From assembly GCA_949358305.1 (NCBI GenBank), contig OX442314.1:18538001-18602000 (forward strand): a stretch of 64,000 nt of DNA, written 5' to 3'. The position numbers and the translations under genes were made by a program. The notes under the pieces were generated by a model, which made no database searches, had not been told where the DNA came from, and worked only from the letters and a program-made list of their open reading frames with translations. The stretch is from Strigamia acuminata. Lineage: Eukaryota. Positions 11,320 to 23,981 of the stretch are shown here, one piece after another; the stretch's first letter is position 1, and the number at the start of each line of letters is the position of its first letter.

Positions 11320-13291
11320 TTTTTAAAACAAGTTTCTGAATAAAATTTAAATTTCTTTGTGACATGTTCTTTAAATTATTCGTCGTTGTTTCCATCGACT
11401 CAAAAGTTTGTCGTTTATTTATTTGGAGCAACTTTTTCAATATTCCAAAGCTGTTAACCACAGCAGTGAAGCATATGATTGGTATGTTGCTTCTCTCCAC
11501 AATAATCTTCATTGATCACTCATCCAATTAAACTGTCTATCAACTCAAAAAATAATAAAAGGACTAGAGATTTATGTGTGTTTTTCCCCAAATGTTGCTC
11601 CAGATTATTTTCTTCGCACAAGGAAAAAAATCCGTAAGAAATAAAAAGCAAGTCATTAATCTAGTACGCACTTGGCACAGAATGAAAATGACCAATTATT
11701 GGTAAAAGATTACAATACGATTATAAGCAATCAACAACCAAGTCAGGCAGGATGTACAAGCATACAGTGTGACAAAAGTATAAACACACCTGTTTTTTTA
11801 CCATATACATTATATATTACCTTTATTTGCTCACTGGGACAATAAAAACCATAACTTTGTCATCCTGGCTTGCGACAGTTTTAAAATTCGAAATTTTGCG
11901 CACATTTTTGTGTCATTTCTTTATTTTCTTCATTTTTGTTGGTTAAGTATTAACTATTAAAAGTTTTGACGATTGTGGACATTCAATTTTTTTGTTAATA
12001 CAGACCCCTGAAAACCTAGTTTCCAGTTGAAATTAATGACGTGACAACTTTATTTTTGACAGAGATTCCACATTACTATATATAAAATTAATTTAACTTT
12101 AAAGAAATTAATTAATTAATTAATTAATTAATTAAATTCCTTTCAATCGATTTGAACACTAATTTAAAAATCCTTAAAATACGTGGTGGCACTAATAAAA
12201 TTCCTAAAATAGCTAACAAGAAGTCAATCACAAATCAGCAGCGATTTCTTGCTTTTCCTGGCAAGTTAATTGGCATAAAACTCAAATTTGTTGTAAAAAT
12301 AAATACCACTTTAAACAGTACTCTTCCCCTTTTAATCCCTTGACCTCTTAAAACTCATCTGTCCAGTTCAAGCATATCGATTCCCAATTTCATTATAATG
12401 TTCAACATTATGCACTAAAATAACAAAAATCACCACTACTAACAGAAACATAATCCACAGCTGCAACTTATGTCCAACGTCAACAAAAAGTGGCATACGC
12501 GCGCTGCATTCATATGTTTGCGTTACTTGGATACAAAGAGTTGCTTAGCAACTGAATGGCCCTGCGAAAGGCACTCAAAGTCAAATGGAGCCTGCACAGG
12601 CGATGGACTAGTTTGTTCCAAAAGTTTAAAACCTTTTAGCTGGAAAATAAAAATAAAAACAGTTGGCTTTAAAGATGCTATCAACAATCTGGTTTACAAC
12701 ATAATTTCCTAATATTTTATTTTTATTCCAAAATAAAATTTTTACAAATGTTCCTCGAGATGGCACCTGGAATAAAACTGTGTTTTGAATTATCACGCTT
12801 TCATAAAAGATAAATGATTCCTTTTGAAGGTGAAACCATTTGATAAGACTCGTTCATCCATACAGAAAAATCGATTGGGACGTTTTGAGGTCAGTAAATC
12901 AGCTGTACTTCCATTTTGTGGAGAAACAATTTGGGACATTCCAGCTCTCATGTCAAAGGGAAGAAACTTTTTTAATACAACATAAATATTTCATGTCCCG
13001 TTCACGGCTTTATCTCGCAGTTTGCAGCAAAGCTTTGCTCAACTCCCACAACGACTATCAAAGTAAAGCGGGCAGATTTACAAGAAAGTGGCTCCCCTAT
13101 CACATCTCATTCATCGACCCACAAAAATCTTTAAATAAGTTTAAAAAGAATTTACTACTTCGTAAGAAATAAAGACAAATAATAATGATTTCAATTCCCT
13201 TAGAAGCTAATCCTAAACTTCACCGCAAAACTTTCTCAAATTATAATTTTGATTCATCATCATCATTTATCTGTTGACCTGTTGCTCATAC

Positions 13292-13702
13292 CATAGACCT
13301 AAATACACTAGACTGCGAACTTTACATTGGGCCCAGCTTGTGAGCGGAGGAGGCATTGTTGTCAGATAGTGACGTCACTGATCCGCTCCAACTTCCTGTC
13401 GTCTTAAATTTGTGAATTTAATAAAATTTCGTGTTATTTTCGGGTTAAATTTGCAAATGAAATATAATTTAGAGTCATTAACAACTGAAATTCGTAAATT
13501 TCACTTAATTTCGAGTCATTTTCAAATTCAGTTATTTTCAAATTCGAGTCATTTTCGTTTGGAAATTTTGTTTGTATGCTGATTTCAGGCAGCCATTATG
13601 TTGACAGGAAGTCACAGATTCGCCAGTGTTATCACTTCCTGTATTCACAAGCTTCTTACCCACAATCCCTCAGTTCGCAGTCTAGTAGTGTTCAGGTCTG
13701 TG
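13292..13702. mobile_element. MITE with 7-bp TSD (P-superfamily-like)
   Basis: TIRs CATAGACCTAAATACACTAGACTGCGAACT / AGTTCGCAGTCTAGTAGTGTTCAGGTCTGTG; TSD CTCATAC at 13285-13291 and 13703-13709. Confidence 0.75.
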
Positions 13703-14126
13703 CTCATACAAATGAAATTTGCAAAACATTTTAAGAGAATCAAAATCAATATAACTCTGCATATGGCAAACTTTTCACTCGCCTTGATTATTTATTACAA
13801 AACACATGAAGACAACAAGTAGACGCATTTGTAGTCATGGATCTCTATAATACACGAGATATTATTACGCGCGAGTTTTGTAATGTAGTACATGCGCGAC
13901 GTCGGCCGACTCGGGTAATTGTTGTTGCAATTGTTGTTTTTCATGTCGCAACTCCTTTAAAAGTAGTCAAACGTCATACGTCCACAGCGACTGAAAACAG
14001 ACTAAATCGGTCGCAATTTTTGGAGATAGATCGAGGCAAGCAGTTTAAAAAGCAATCTAAATATGTGTTTTTAAATGTTGTTTAGTTTTAATGACTTTTA
14101 TCAATGCACCTACAAGTTCGCGCCCG

Positions 14127-14277
14127 GTATCTTGATGCTAAATCCGTACTTGCGCTTCCCATTCTGCGCAGACGATTTTCTAATTTTCTAATTTTCTAAT
14201 ACTGCTAAATAACAACTGAAATTAAACAATCGTCTGCGCAAAATGGGATGCGCAGTACGAATTTAGCATCAAGATAC
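14127..14277. mobile_element. Short hairpin MITE; a related end lies at ~55100-55136
   Basis: ~50-bp inverted repeats GTATCTTGATGCTAAAT...TGCGCAGACGATT. Confidence 0.7.
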
Positions 14278-17200
14278 GTTTATAGAATGCGAGTTGTCGT
14301 TATGAGCTTGCATTTCTTTAATCTAAGAAAATCACCGCCTCATTTACCACTAGAAATGTCTGCGTGGCCAACGTCCTTCCTTGCACGCACTCGGAAATCT
14401 CAACACGCGATTACTTATACTTTGTGCAAGAAATGTTTCTCTCACCTAAGAGAAACAACTCTCCGTCCCTTTCATCAGCCATTATCGTTCTCCGTATCAT
14501 TTTCTCTTAAGCTGAATTTACCCTCAATCCCTTCCATTCCTGCCGTGCGCTGACATCTGTTGGCCGGCTAGCTGGTCACATACGTTTTGGTTTAACATCG
14601 ATTTGATGATCCAAACGTTCGAGTGAAGTAAGTAAAAAATACTGGCAGCCGTGGTTGCACAAACTATTTTTCATAACACAAGAATTTAAATTCCACGTGT
14701 AAAAAACTTATCAAATTCCCAAGCAACCTAAGTTATCTTTATTTTCTTATTCTTCAGTGATCTTCAATAGTACATTCCCTATAAAGTAATAGACAGGTAT
14801 CACCAGCTTTAAACTAAACATTTGGCTTTTTTCCAAATATTGATTTTTTTTCATTCATTTATAAAATCTTCGCAGCACTTTCAATGACATTTATTAATTG
14901 CTTACCACACAAGAGCAAACAAAACTTCATAAACAAGTTCCTTTACATTTTTCCACTCGAAGTTTTCCCAGTTTATTTTGGTATGAAAATTATTTAAAGC
15001 AATAAGTCATCTTCACACAAATATCCAAAATCCCCATACGCACACTTTAAACTTTTCTCATTATACTGTAGTGGCTTGCACGAACACAATGAGCATACAA
15101 ATTATCTTCCAAATGGCCCGACTGTGTACCACCTAACTAAACGTTATGGTTGCTTGACAATTTCCTAAGAATGTGTGCTAGAACCAATTTCACTAACAAA
15201 TTCGTGCGAAAATGGGCACACAAAGGACAAACAAAATTTCTTTAAAGGATAATATCATCCAAACTTTTATTCAATCAAACAAATCAAGATAAACAGAAAT
15301 ACAGGTATTGCGCAAACATCAAACATTTAAACTGTACTTTTTGATGAAACTTGTAATTCCCTTATCCCCCTTTCTTCTCCCAAAGCAAATGTCCCCGTAG
15401 ATGTTACTGAGTGCTTCGGTTACTGTATCGGGAAATCTAGTCCGTGCTCTTGGTCCCCTATAGGAATCAATGCTGAAGACAAACACCAACGTCGGGGTAA
15501 GCGAGCACTCGAACAACCATCAAACCATCATTCTCTTAGTGATGTTCGCTAGAAGTATAGACTAGAACAAATTTTCTTCACTTTCCTTTTCACGATGAAT
15601 ATTTCATGACTATTTTATCCTCGTAGACGCCTTTTTTATATAGACATTACCTAGTAAAAGTTTCAAATTTTTCCAAGTAAAATATCAAATAAAAAATAGA
15701 TCCTATAAAATGATGGTCGAAGATAAAAATTGAATCAATTTATTAAACTGAATTTTTCAACATGCTTTAAATTTATAAAACGGTTATAAAAATGTTTAGA
15801 GATGATTTTTCCCCAAGATTAATTTTATGATTATTATCTTTATCTGCAAGTTTTTATCGTAAATGTAAAATTTGTAATTTTAAACGGCACAAAACAAAAC
15901 TATAAAATATTTCGTCTTCTATATACTACCACGAGTTATAAATCGCATCAAAATGCAGTCGATTCGCCGATGCTGTCTAAAGGTTCTTGAGCAATCCGTT
16001 TTTTTTTTTAACTTAAAAAAAAAACGACTTATGTTCGTGTAACGCCAAACTTTTCCATTTCAAATTTCACATTTCACAGAAGCAAATTCAATTCAAATAC
16101 TTTTGGCAAGTAAAACTTTTTAAATCTGCGATACGGTCTTAAAGACGAACATCAACATAATTTTTAGCTCAAAATTCTACATGGCTACGTACATCCCTTA
16201 GAACAAATCACCACATTACACATGCAACAAAAGTACGCATTTGTCAACGAGAAACTTGACACCAATTGCCAATAAAGCCTAAGAGATTAAGTCAGAATTA
16301 TAACCCCCAGCATTCTTTAGCACACACTGAATTCTTGTGTTTTGCATCAATTCAAACTCCCGACTCGGCACAAAAGGTGTCATGAATAATCGCCGCTCGG
16401 AACATTAACGATCATTAGCTAAAAATACAACCGTGGACACAAAGGAATTGCCTTTTATGAATAATTCAACAGCCAACAGCGAACACAAACAAACATATTG
16501 CATCGGGTGAAGTGGTACGTGCTTTTTCATTCCCTGAAATTAAATTTTCTTCTTTCATTGGCAAAACAAATGCAGAGTCTAATTACTGCGTAAATATTAC
16601 AATGTTTATTCTGACAAAGAATTGAAAACACTTTTTCTTCTCATTTTTCTGAAATTTTTTTTTATCAAAACAAAACCCAGGGCATTGAAATATAATGGAA
16701 TCTTTAAAGAAACTGAAGATTGAAAACATACCACAACAATTCGGATTAAAACGAGCGGAAACGAGCATCAAGACAAAACCATTAATCCCAAAGCCCGTCT
16801 TCGGCGCCCGTGTATCCAATCTCCATCCATTATATCTTTAATTCAACAACAACGTGATTAAAGAAAAACTTTTTACTTTTCTTTTCAAAATCCTCTCTAG
16901 CGAGAAAAATTGCCAACAGCACTCTTGTGTAAATATTCCCGAGTGAGCTTGCCCCACAACAAATTGCCGAGAAAAAAAGGCAGCAGACAGATTGCTAACA
17001 GTGGAAGAGAACACTAACTATATTAGACCTCTAATGGAGAATTGGCACAAAACGAAAGTCTTTATTGTACTTTCAGTAGTATAGATATAGTACAATCCTT
17101 CTTAAAATTAAATAACTCAAAAAAAAATTGTAAACACATGCAGTACCTCCAAGAAATTGTTCAACTTATTAGTCCTTCTTTGATTTTTGTGTCAATAAAT

Positions 17201-17854
17201 TATGCATTTACAAATGTTGTCATAGAAAATGAATACAAAATTAATCAACTGTTCCAAACATCAAACAGCATCAACTATCCATCACTACAAGTTTGTGCTT
17301 TTGTTTTATTAATAAAAAAGAAGTTTGTTGACGTCTGCAAGTTAGCAAAAAAAAAACAAGCTCGCATCTGTGTAACTTAATGTAAAATGCATAAAAAAAT
17401 CTATAGATGGCGTTACACTTTTTCTTGCAAATAAAGTTTAAAGAAAGAAAATCGATAAGTCCAAGGCCTTTCTTTCTCAAACCCAATAACAAAAAATAAT
17501 CTATGGGATATTAGATACATGAAAAAAAGAAAAACTTCCATTAAAATTTTATTGCAATATTAAATCAATTTTTTTTGAATGTTTCAATCATAACTTGCAT
17601 TTTCAACATCTCAAATGTCATCACAAAATTTAAAAACGGCAACTTTTTCATATTACAATATCAGGAAATCAACTTCAATCATTCCCATCTCATTTTTATT
17701 GAATTGTAGTGAAACCCATCCAATAAATAAACCAATAAGAATATTATTGTTTCTGCTCAACGAAACACTGCACGCGCGTAAACTTATAACAGAAAAAAAA
17801 AATTCACAAAACCCAATCATTTAGAAATGTTTTCCATTCGTCATATAAACATTA

Positions 17855-18163
17855 AGGTGTTTCATAAATGACACGCTGAAGGCGCTGAAGTGATTGTTAC
17901 AATAATCACAATCACTTCATTATTGAGTACCCACACCAGGTCCATTTTATTTATTTAATAATGTACAACAAACTCTCTTTTTCTAGTTTAAGCATTCTTC
18001 AGCACTAGCAACTCCTTTTCAGACGATTATACATACTGTAAGTGCTGAAGTGCTGAAGCGATTATTCATGTGATTGGCCCACACAGGTCACATGATAATA
18101 ACTTCAGCAGAATAATCGTCATAATCACTTCAGCACCTTCAGCGTATCATTTTTGAAACCCCT
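17855..18163. mobile_element. MITE (PIF/Harbinger-like ends)
   Basis: ~42-bp imperfect TIRs AGGTGTTTCATAAATGACACGCTGAAGGCGCTGAAGTGATT / AATCACTTCAGCACCTTCAGCGTATCATTTTTGAAACCCCT. Confidence 0.65.
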
Positions 18164-18178
18164 TGATCACTGAACATA

Positions 18179-18454
18179 CCATATTTTACCAAATAAGAGC
18201 CGCGGCTCTTATTCAAAACAGCCACTTTGAGCTGCGGCTTTAATTCGGGGGCGGCTCCAATTCGGGGGCGGCTCCAATTCGGGGGCGGCGCTTATTTGAA
18301 ATAGTCGCCAATAACTTACTATTACGTTCATTGAACGTATATAGCCGCGGCTACTATTCGAGGGCGGCTCTTATATAAAGTAGCCTATCTCGGCCGCGGC
18401 TACTATTCGAGGGCGGCTACAATTCGAGGGCGACTCTTATTCGGTAAAATACGG
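18179..18454. mobile_element. Tc2/pogo-like MITE with internal 17-bp repeats
   Basis: TA|CCATATTTTACCAAATAAGAG ... CTCTTATTCGGTAAAATACGG|TA; internal AATTCGGGGGCGGCTCC repeats. Confidence 0.72.
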
Positions 18455-20350
18455 TATACAGTAAAAGCCGTTTTACGTTCAAGGGAACTCATATGCAGCG
18501 GAAATAGTGAACAACAATTTTCACTCACCTTATTGATCAGTTGCTTAGCTTTGATCTTGCTCCTGCTAAGCTTATTGTATTTGCTTTTTCATTAGATCTT
18601 GTCACAAGCTATTTTTACAAAAATAAAAGCCAAGCAAAAGAGTTTATCTTCATTATATTTAGCTCCGAGTGCTGTAGCAAATTCGCAAAAGTAAAACTTT
18701 TTTCAAATTTCAATTATTAATATTAAAAAAAAAAACTGTATTTACAATCGAATTACAAACTTTTCTTTCACATAAGATATAGACCAAAACATAAAAGAAA
18801 TTGCTTCGGCAGTTCAGCTTAAATTTAAAAAAAAAAAAGTTTAATCTCCACAAATATTTACCCAGAAAAAAATGTCACCTTACAAAAATATTTTTCAGTC
18901 GACAAACTTTAGACCATTTGTCAACCTCGCTTGTTAAGACGAAACATATAAAAGTACTTTGCTTGGCTGTATGTGTTAAGTTGCACTCTTGTGGCCGATT
19001 GATATAAGTCAGTTGCAGTTCATCCCCTTTTTCATTTCCTTTTTTCCTTCTTTTTCAGTATCCATGCCACCATAGTGTGATTGAGTATAGCAGTTCACTC
19101 ACTCTCATGCTGGCGAAAAACAATCAGCATAACTTATCCCTCACATAATAACTTCCTTTAACTCAAACCAATGACGAAGAAAAAGAAGAAAAAAGGCTGC
19201 GAAAGTCAATTACCTCCACTTATAATAATCTTATTCATGATAATAATTTGACAAAGGAAAATTAGAATAAGTGCAATTTCACTTTAAGAGCATTTAATTA
19301 GACACAGACTTGTTCATCATTGCTGCTGTCAGATTACAGTACTAATTAAGATCATTTATTAGACCCCTAATGTCACAAGAGCATGCGGCAAATCCCTTGT
19401 ATTCAGAGCCAAATCCCACAAAACAAATCAATTTAAATTAATCTTAAACCATTTCAAAAAAAAATTTAAGCCTACTTCTGTCTACGGCTATTCAGAAAGA
19501 TAAATACACTGCTGTTTACCATATTCATTATAGTCACATTTATCTATATGATAAATGCCATGCAATATAATCAAAGCTGGAACTCAGATTTTTTTCTCTT
19601 CCAATTTAAGTTAGCTAATCGTGACATGAATGTTGATTGGATAAAAAAAAAGACTAGCTGGTTAAATTACATTTTCGAAACCATCTAAATGAGTATTTAA
19701 ATGGCCTTGCTTTTGAATAATTTGTTGCACGTAGTCGATAATTTCTGCCTATTGAATTAAATGAATGAAAATAAGATAAAAGACGTGGTTGTTTACCCTA
19801 AACTTGTGCACCTCATGAGGCTAAATAGTGTTAATCCTTGCTTGATTGCAGTGTATAATTGGACGTTAAAGTATACAGGTACACGTGCAAAAGTCAACAA
19901 GTAAAGAAAACAAGTCGATACTTCAGTCAACATAGGCATTAGCATTCATCTGCTTGTTCATTTTACCTTAAAATGTATAATTATACAGTATTTTCTTTTC
20001 CAGTTGGTAAAAATCAAAAACTTGTCTGCATGATGTGTTTTTAATGGTATAACGATTGATACAATTAATTTCTCACAACATGAAATGGTAATTAATTTCA
20101 GATGAAGCCCCCAAGTTTTTCCGTTTGTTATACTAACGTGTTTTCCAAATGAAATAAATTCTACAATGTGAAAATAAAATCATTTGGAGTTGCCCAAGAA
20201 GATGATGTAGATATAGAAAGTTTATTTTACGCTTTTAGTGAATTAAATCATTTCATCATCTGAATTACTTTCTTCACACAAACGTCAACTTAGAGCAAAA
20301 CTTAAAAATAGAACACTTCGATCTTTATAATGCTAGAGATTATAGCAATT

Positions 20351-20550
20351 TATAGCAAAAATACCACTTACAGTACAAATTTATTTGTAACACTACGTTT
20401 TATAGCAAAAATACCACTTACAGTACAAATTTATTTGTAACACTACGTTTTATAGCAAAAATACCACTTACAGTACAAATTTATTTGTAACACTACGTTT
20501 TATAGCAAAAATACCACTTACAGTACAAATTTATTTGTAACACTACGTTT
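20351..20550. repeat. Perfect 50-bp tandem repeat x4
   Basis: TATAGCAAAAATACCACTTACAGTACAAATTTATTTGTAACACTACGTTT at 20351, 20401, 20451 and 20501. Confidence 0.95.
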
Positions 20551-21348
20551 TTACCCACCATTATTTTTAATTCTGACAAACCGCGTACACAATTCCTAAA
20601 TGATGTATTAACTTAAGCTAATGTCAAACATAATCTGAACGTGTCGTTTATTCAATCTATAAGATGAAACGTTGATAATGACATGGTGGAAATGTCAAAC
20701 CACCATGGCGCCATCAAAAACGTTTTTAAAAAATGATAAATCGTATCATTAAAAGAATTGATGAAAATTTGCAACCTCATTTTCCCCATTCCATTTTCTA
20801 ATTAAAACCAACACAATATTTTATAATTCTCAAATATTGAACATTAGAGTGCTAATGTGACTTACATTATCATTTATCACCAAAAATGTTGAAATTATAG
20901 TAAAAAAGAAAAGAATTTATTTGCCATTTGTCATTGCTACTGCTGCTGATCTACAGCGCACTCTAGGAACACCAACTTGAACCTCGTACCCTAAACTTGA
21001 TGTGGTGAGAAATGATTAGTGTGATGTAGTGCATTGGACAAACAGCGACTTGGGATGAAAGGAACATCGATATATCAGCTGGGAATGGTCACAATTTCTT
21101 GTGAGTACTTCGAGTAACTAATCTTAAAACAAAAAATAAATCAAAACATAAGAATTGTTAGACGTAAATAAAAAAATACAATTCAATTGTAGAGATATAA
21201 TCTGCCACCAGAATACTCACGAATTTAAAAATTTTCAATTGTACCGACATAAGTTCCAACTCTACCACAGGGATACAATCATCAAAATTTGAAAGAACAA
21301 TTTGAAAGCCAAAACTCACACCAACAGTCAAAATTAGAGGAAATAAAA

Positions 21349-23443
21349 ATGAAATATATCCAATTATCAAAACACCTAGAAACTTCGCCATTTGATGTAA
21401 TAATGCAGTTTGGCTGTGGGCCTAATTTTGTTCTCAACCGATCTAAACGTTTTAAAGCAATGATAAAGCAACAGGTAATTGATTTTTTCCCAAGTTAAGT
21501 AAAACTAACACAACGATCTCATTTCGTAGGGTGAAAAGTTTTGGTTTCGATTCTGGTTACTATTTTGTCTTAAACCAGGCTGCCACGACCTGACAGCAGT
21601 GAGTATGAATTAGTGAGTTAAAAAATCAACATTTTTCGAATTATACTTTTAAAAAAAAACGAACAGATACAAGAATTGTGGCCTGAAATGACGTACTACG
21701 TTTATTTGTGTATACATGAAATATTTCTTCAAGGTACTTTTTTTACTTTTTCATCTGTCAATGACATTTTCTCCTACTAACCTCGAAATAATTTCAGATT
21801 CCCTTGATCAAGTGACCAAATATTGTTTGAATGAAGTTATTAAACCAATGCTTACTATATCACCAGGTAATGGTGATAATTTCTTCACTTTTCATTAGTC
21901 ATATTGTATTGATTTTCGCCAGAATCACAAATAAATGCAGAATTGAGATTGCAAACAACATCCGTTGACAAAGTGAGTTAAGTCTCATGACAATAATCTA
22001 ATTAATGACCGTAATTAATTGACTCTTACTAAGATGCAAGACATTGTCATCAAAAGCACTGGAATGGCTTTTGGTGTTGCTCTCTGCGATATATTTTTCA
22101 AGTGGCTAGAAGCCGAAGAAGTGGACAGGGAAACCGAAAGCTATTGGACAATCCCTGAAGAATACTTAGACCCAAAATTTAAACCAAGAGTGCTAGAAGA
22201 ATTTTTAGTAGCGGAGTGGAAAAATAAATTGTCCGTCCTTCTTGGTGTAGACGAGGGCCAAATTCCATGGTTGAAACGACTGATGGCTGGTGACCACAAT
22301 AGACAATGGCAGGTTCAAAAGAATAAGAATAAGTGCAGACATGACTCAGTCAACTTTATCTGTCAAATGTCGGAATTCATGAATAGAAACAGAAATAGAA
22401 GAAAATATGCAATTAGAAGCGTGGATGAGTTACCATTTGCAAAGAAGATGAATGTGGTAAATAAATCAGTTTGCTTTCGTACAAATAACCAAAAAAAAAG
22501 TAAATAAATTTACAGGAGCCAAGAAAATCACCCGATCCCCGTACAGAAGATAAATTGAAAATGCAAAGACGAATGATAGAAGAAAAATATGTCACTACGC
22601 TAACTACGGCTAAGAAAAAACGCAAGGAATGTGCCTACTGTTGGTCAATCGAAGAAAGCCCAAAGAAGTTCAAAAAATGTAAACGGTAAACATTATTTTA
22701 AAAAAAACTTGTTAAAATGCATCAGTAAAAAAAAATTGTAATTGAAGATGTGTTGACGAAAAGTGGTCTGATCCGAGATATTACTGCGACCAGAAGTGTC
22801 AAAGTAAGCATTTTTACACAGTAAAAATAATATTCGTGACTTTTCATGTTTATTATGCCCAATAAAACGTGAGCATAAAATAATGCAGTCTTCCAATAAG
22901 GTCAAAACTATATTGAAATTATTGCAATGTCTTTTGAAGTGCATGGAGTTTCACAAGAATACATTTAAATATGAATTCATCTTCAAAATGAATTTTTATA
23001 AAATGCATTATTTAATTGCTACACATTTTGTAATGCAGTATATTGTAAAATATATTTTGGAACCATATATTCTATTATTGATTATGTTAATGCAGCACAC
23101 AGTGTGCAAACAAAAGTTAATGTTGCGAGTCTTGGAATTAATGTTCATGTTATTACATTTTTTAAATTGATTTTATGAAGTTGCTGACTGGAAAGAATTG
23201 CATCACGAAGAACATCTTCAGTTTCGGAGTAAAACCGTCAGTGCGTTCCCGAAAAAATCATCCAGTAATATTACAAAAGAATGGAAGGATAAAAATAATT
23301 TGTATATTCAAGAAAAGATAGTATTAGTCAGTAAAGTCAGTAAAGATGATGAATTTTCTCAATTTACCCAAAGAAACCAAGCAATAATGAAGAACAATAT
23401 TCCAATTGAAGAGGCAAAGAAAGAAAAAATTTGCAACGTGTAA
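21349..23443 (+). CDS. Family member 1: 9-exon gene, unknown N-terminal domain plus atypical MYND-like zinc finger
   Basis: Exons 21349-21474, 21530-21598, 21667-21733, 21798-21866, 21923-21972, 22034-22456, 22516-22685, 22748-22803 and 23181-23443 join in frame across GT-AG introns. Product: MKYIQL..GCGPNFVLNR|GEKFWFRFWLLFC..|..MAFGVALCDIFFKWL..|..CAYC..KKCKR|CVDEKWSDPRYYCDQKCQ|IADWKELHHEEH. Confidence 0.85.
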
Positions 23444-23981
23444 ATGAATAATCCTGATGACATTTATGTGAAATCTATGAAGGCTGCCGCACCAACATCA
23501 GTATTCTATTTTTATTGTTTTATACCAATATTTTGTATTGTTTTTAATTTGGCGTCCATAAGAAGCGGCGTAAATAGATTAGAATTTGCAATTTTAAAAA
23601 AAAAATTAAAAATAATACGCAAAAATGAAAAATCTGATAAGTAATTTACTTGTTCATATTACATTTTCTATGAAATTAAATTTAAAAAGAAATTAAGTAT
23701 AATTGACAAAACGCGTGTAAATGTACCAAATAAAAACTATTTTTTTTTAAAATACAGAATCTAATTTTTTAATAAAATTACGATTTTGGTTCAGAAGTCT
23801 GTAACTGGAGCTCTCAACAATCACACAGCTCAACTCAACAATACAAAACGAAGTGGGTGCTCTAAATAGGCTTATATCTTCCTATTGCAATATTACCAAT
23901 AAAAGGGAATCACTTACTTTTCTGGTATTACCAATTTTTGCACACGGTTCCATTTCTCCTGATTTATTCACAGTGAAAACC

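Larger units (their letters stand above)
4830..13130 (-). pseudogene. Scattered relic exons of an unidentified, decayed minus-strand gene
   Basis: Exon-sized, coding-like segments bounded by AG/GT on the minus strand, each with stops or frameshifts (~4833-5003, ~5772-5985, ~11325-11535, ~12500-12640, ~12780-13130). Confidence 0.35.

Noticed and set aside
20351..20550. Regular repeats superficially like a CRISPR array
   Set aside because: Contiguous identical units without spacers, eukaryotic context, no cas genes.
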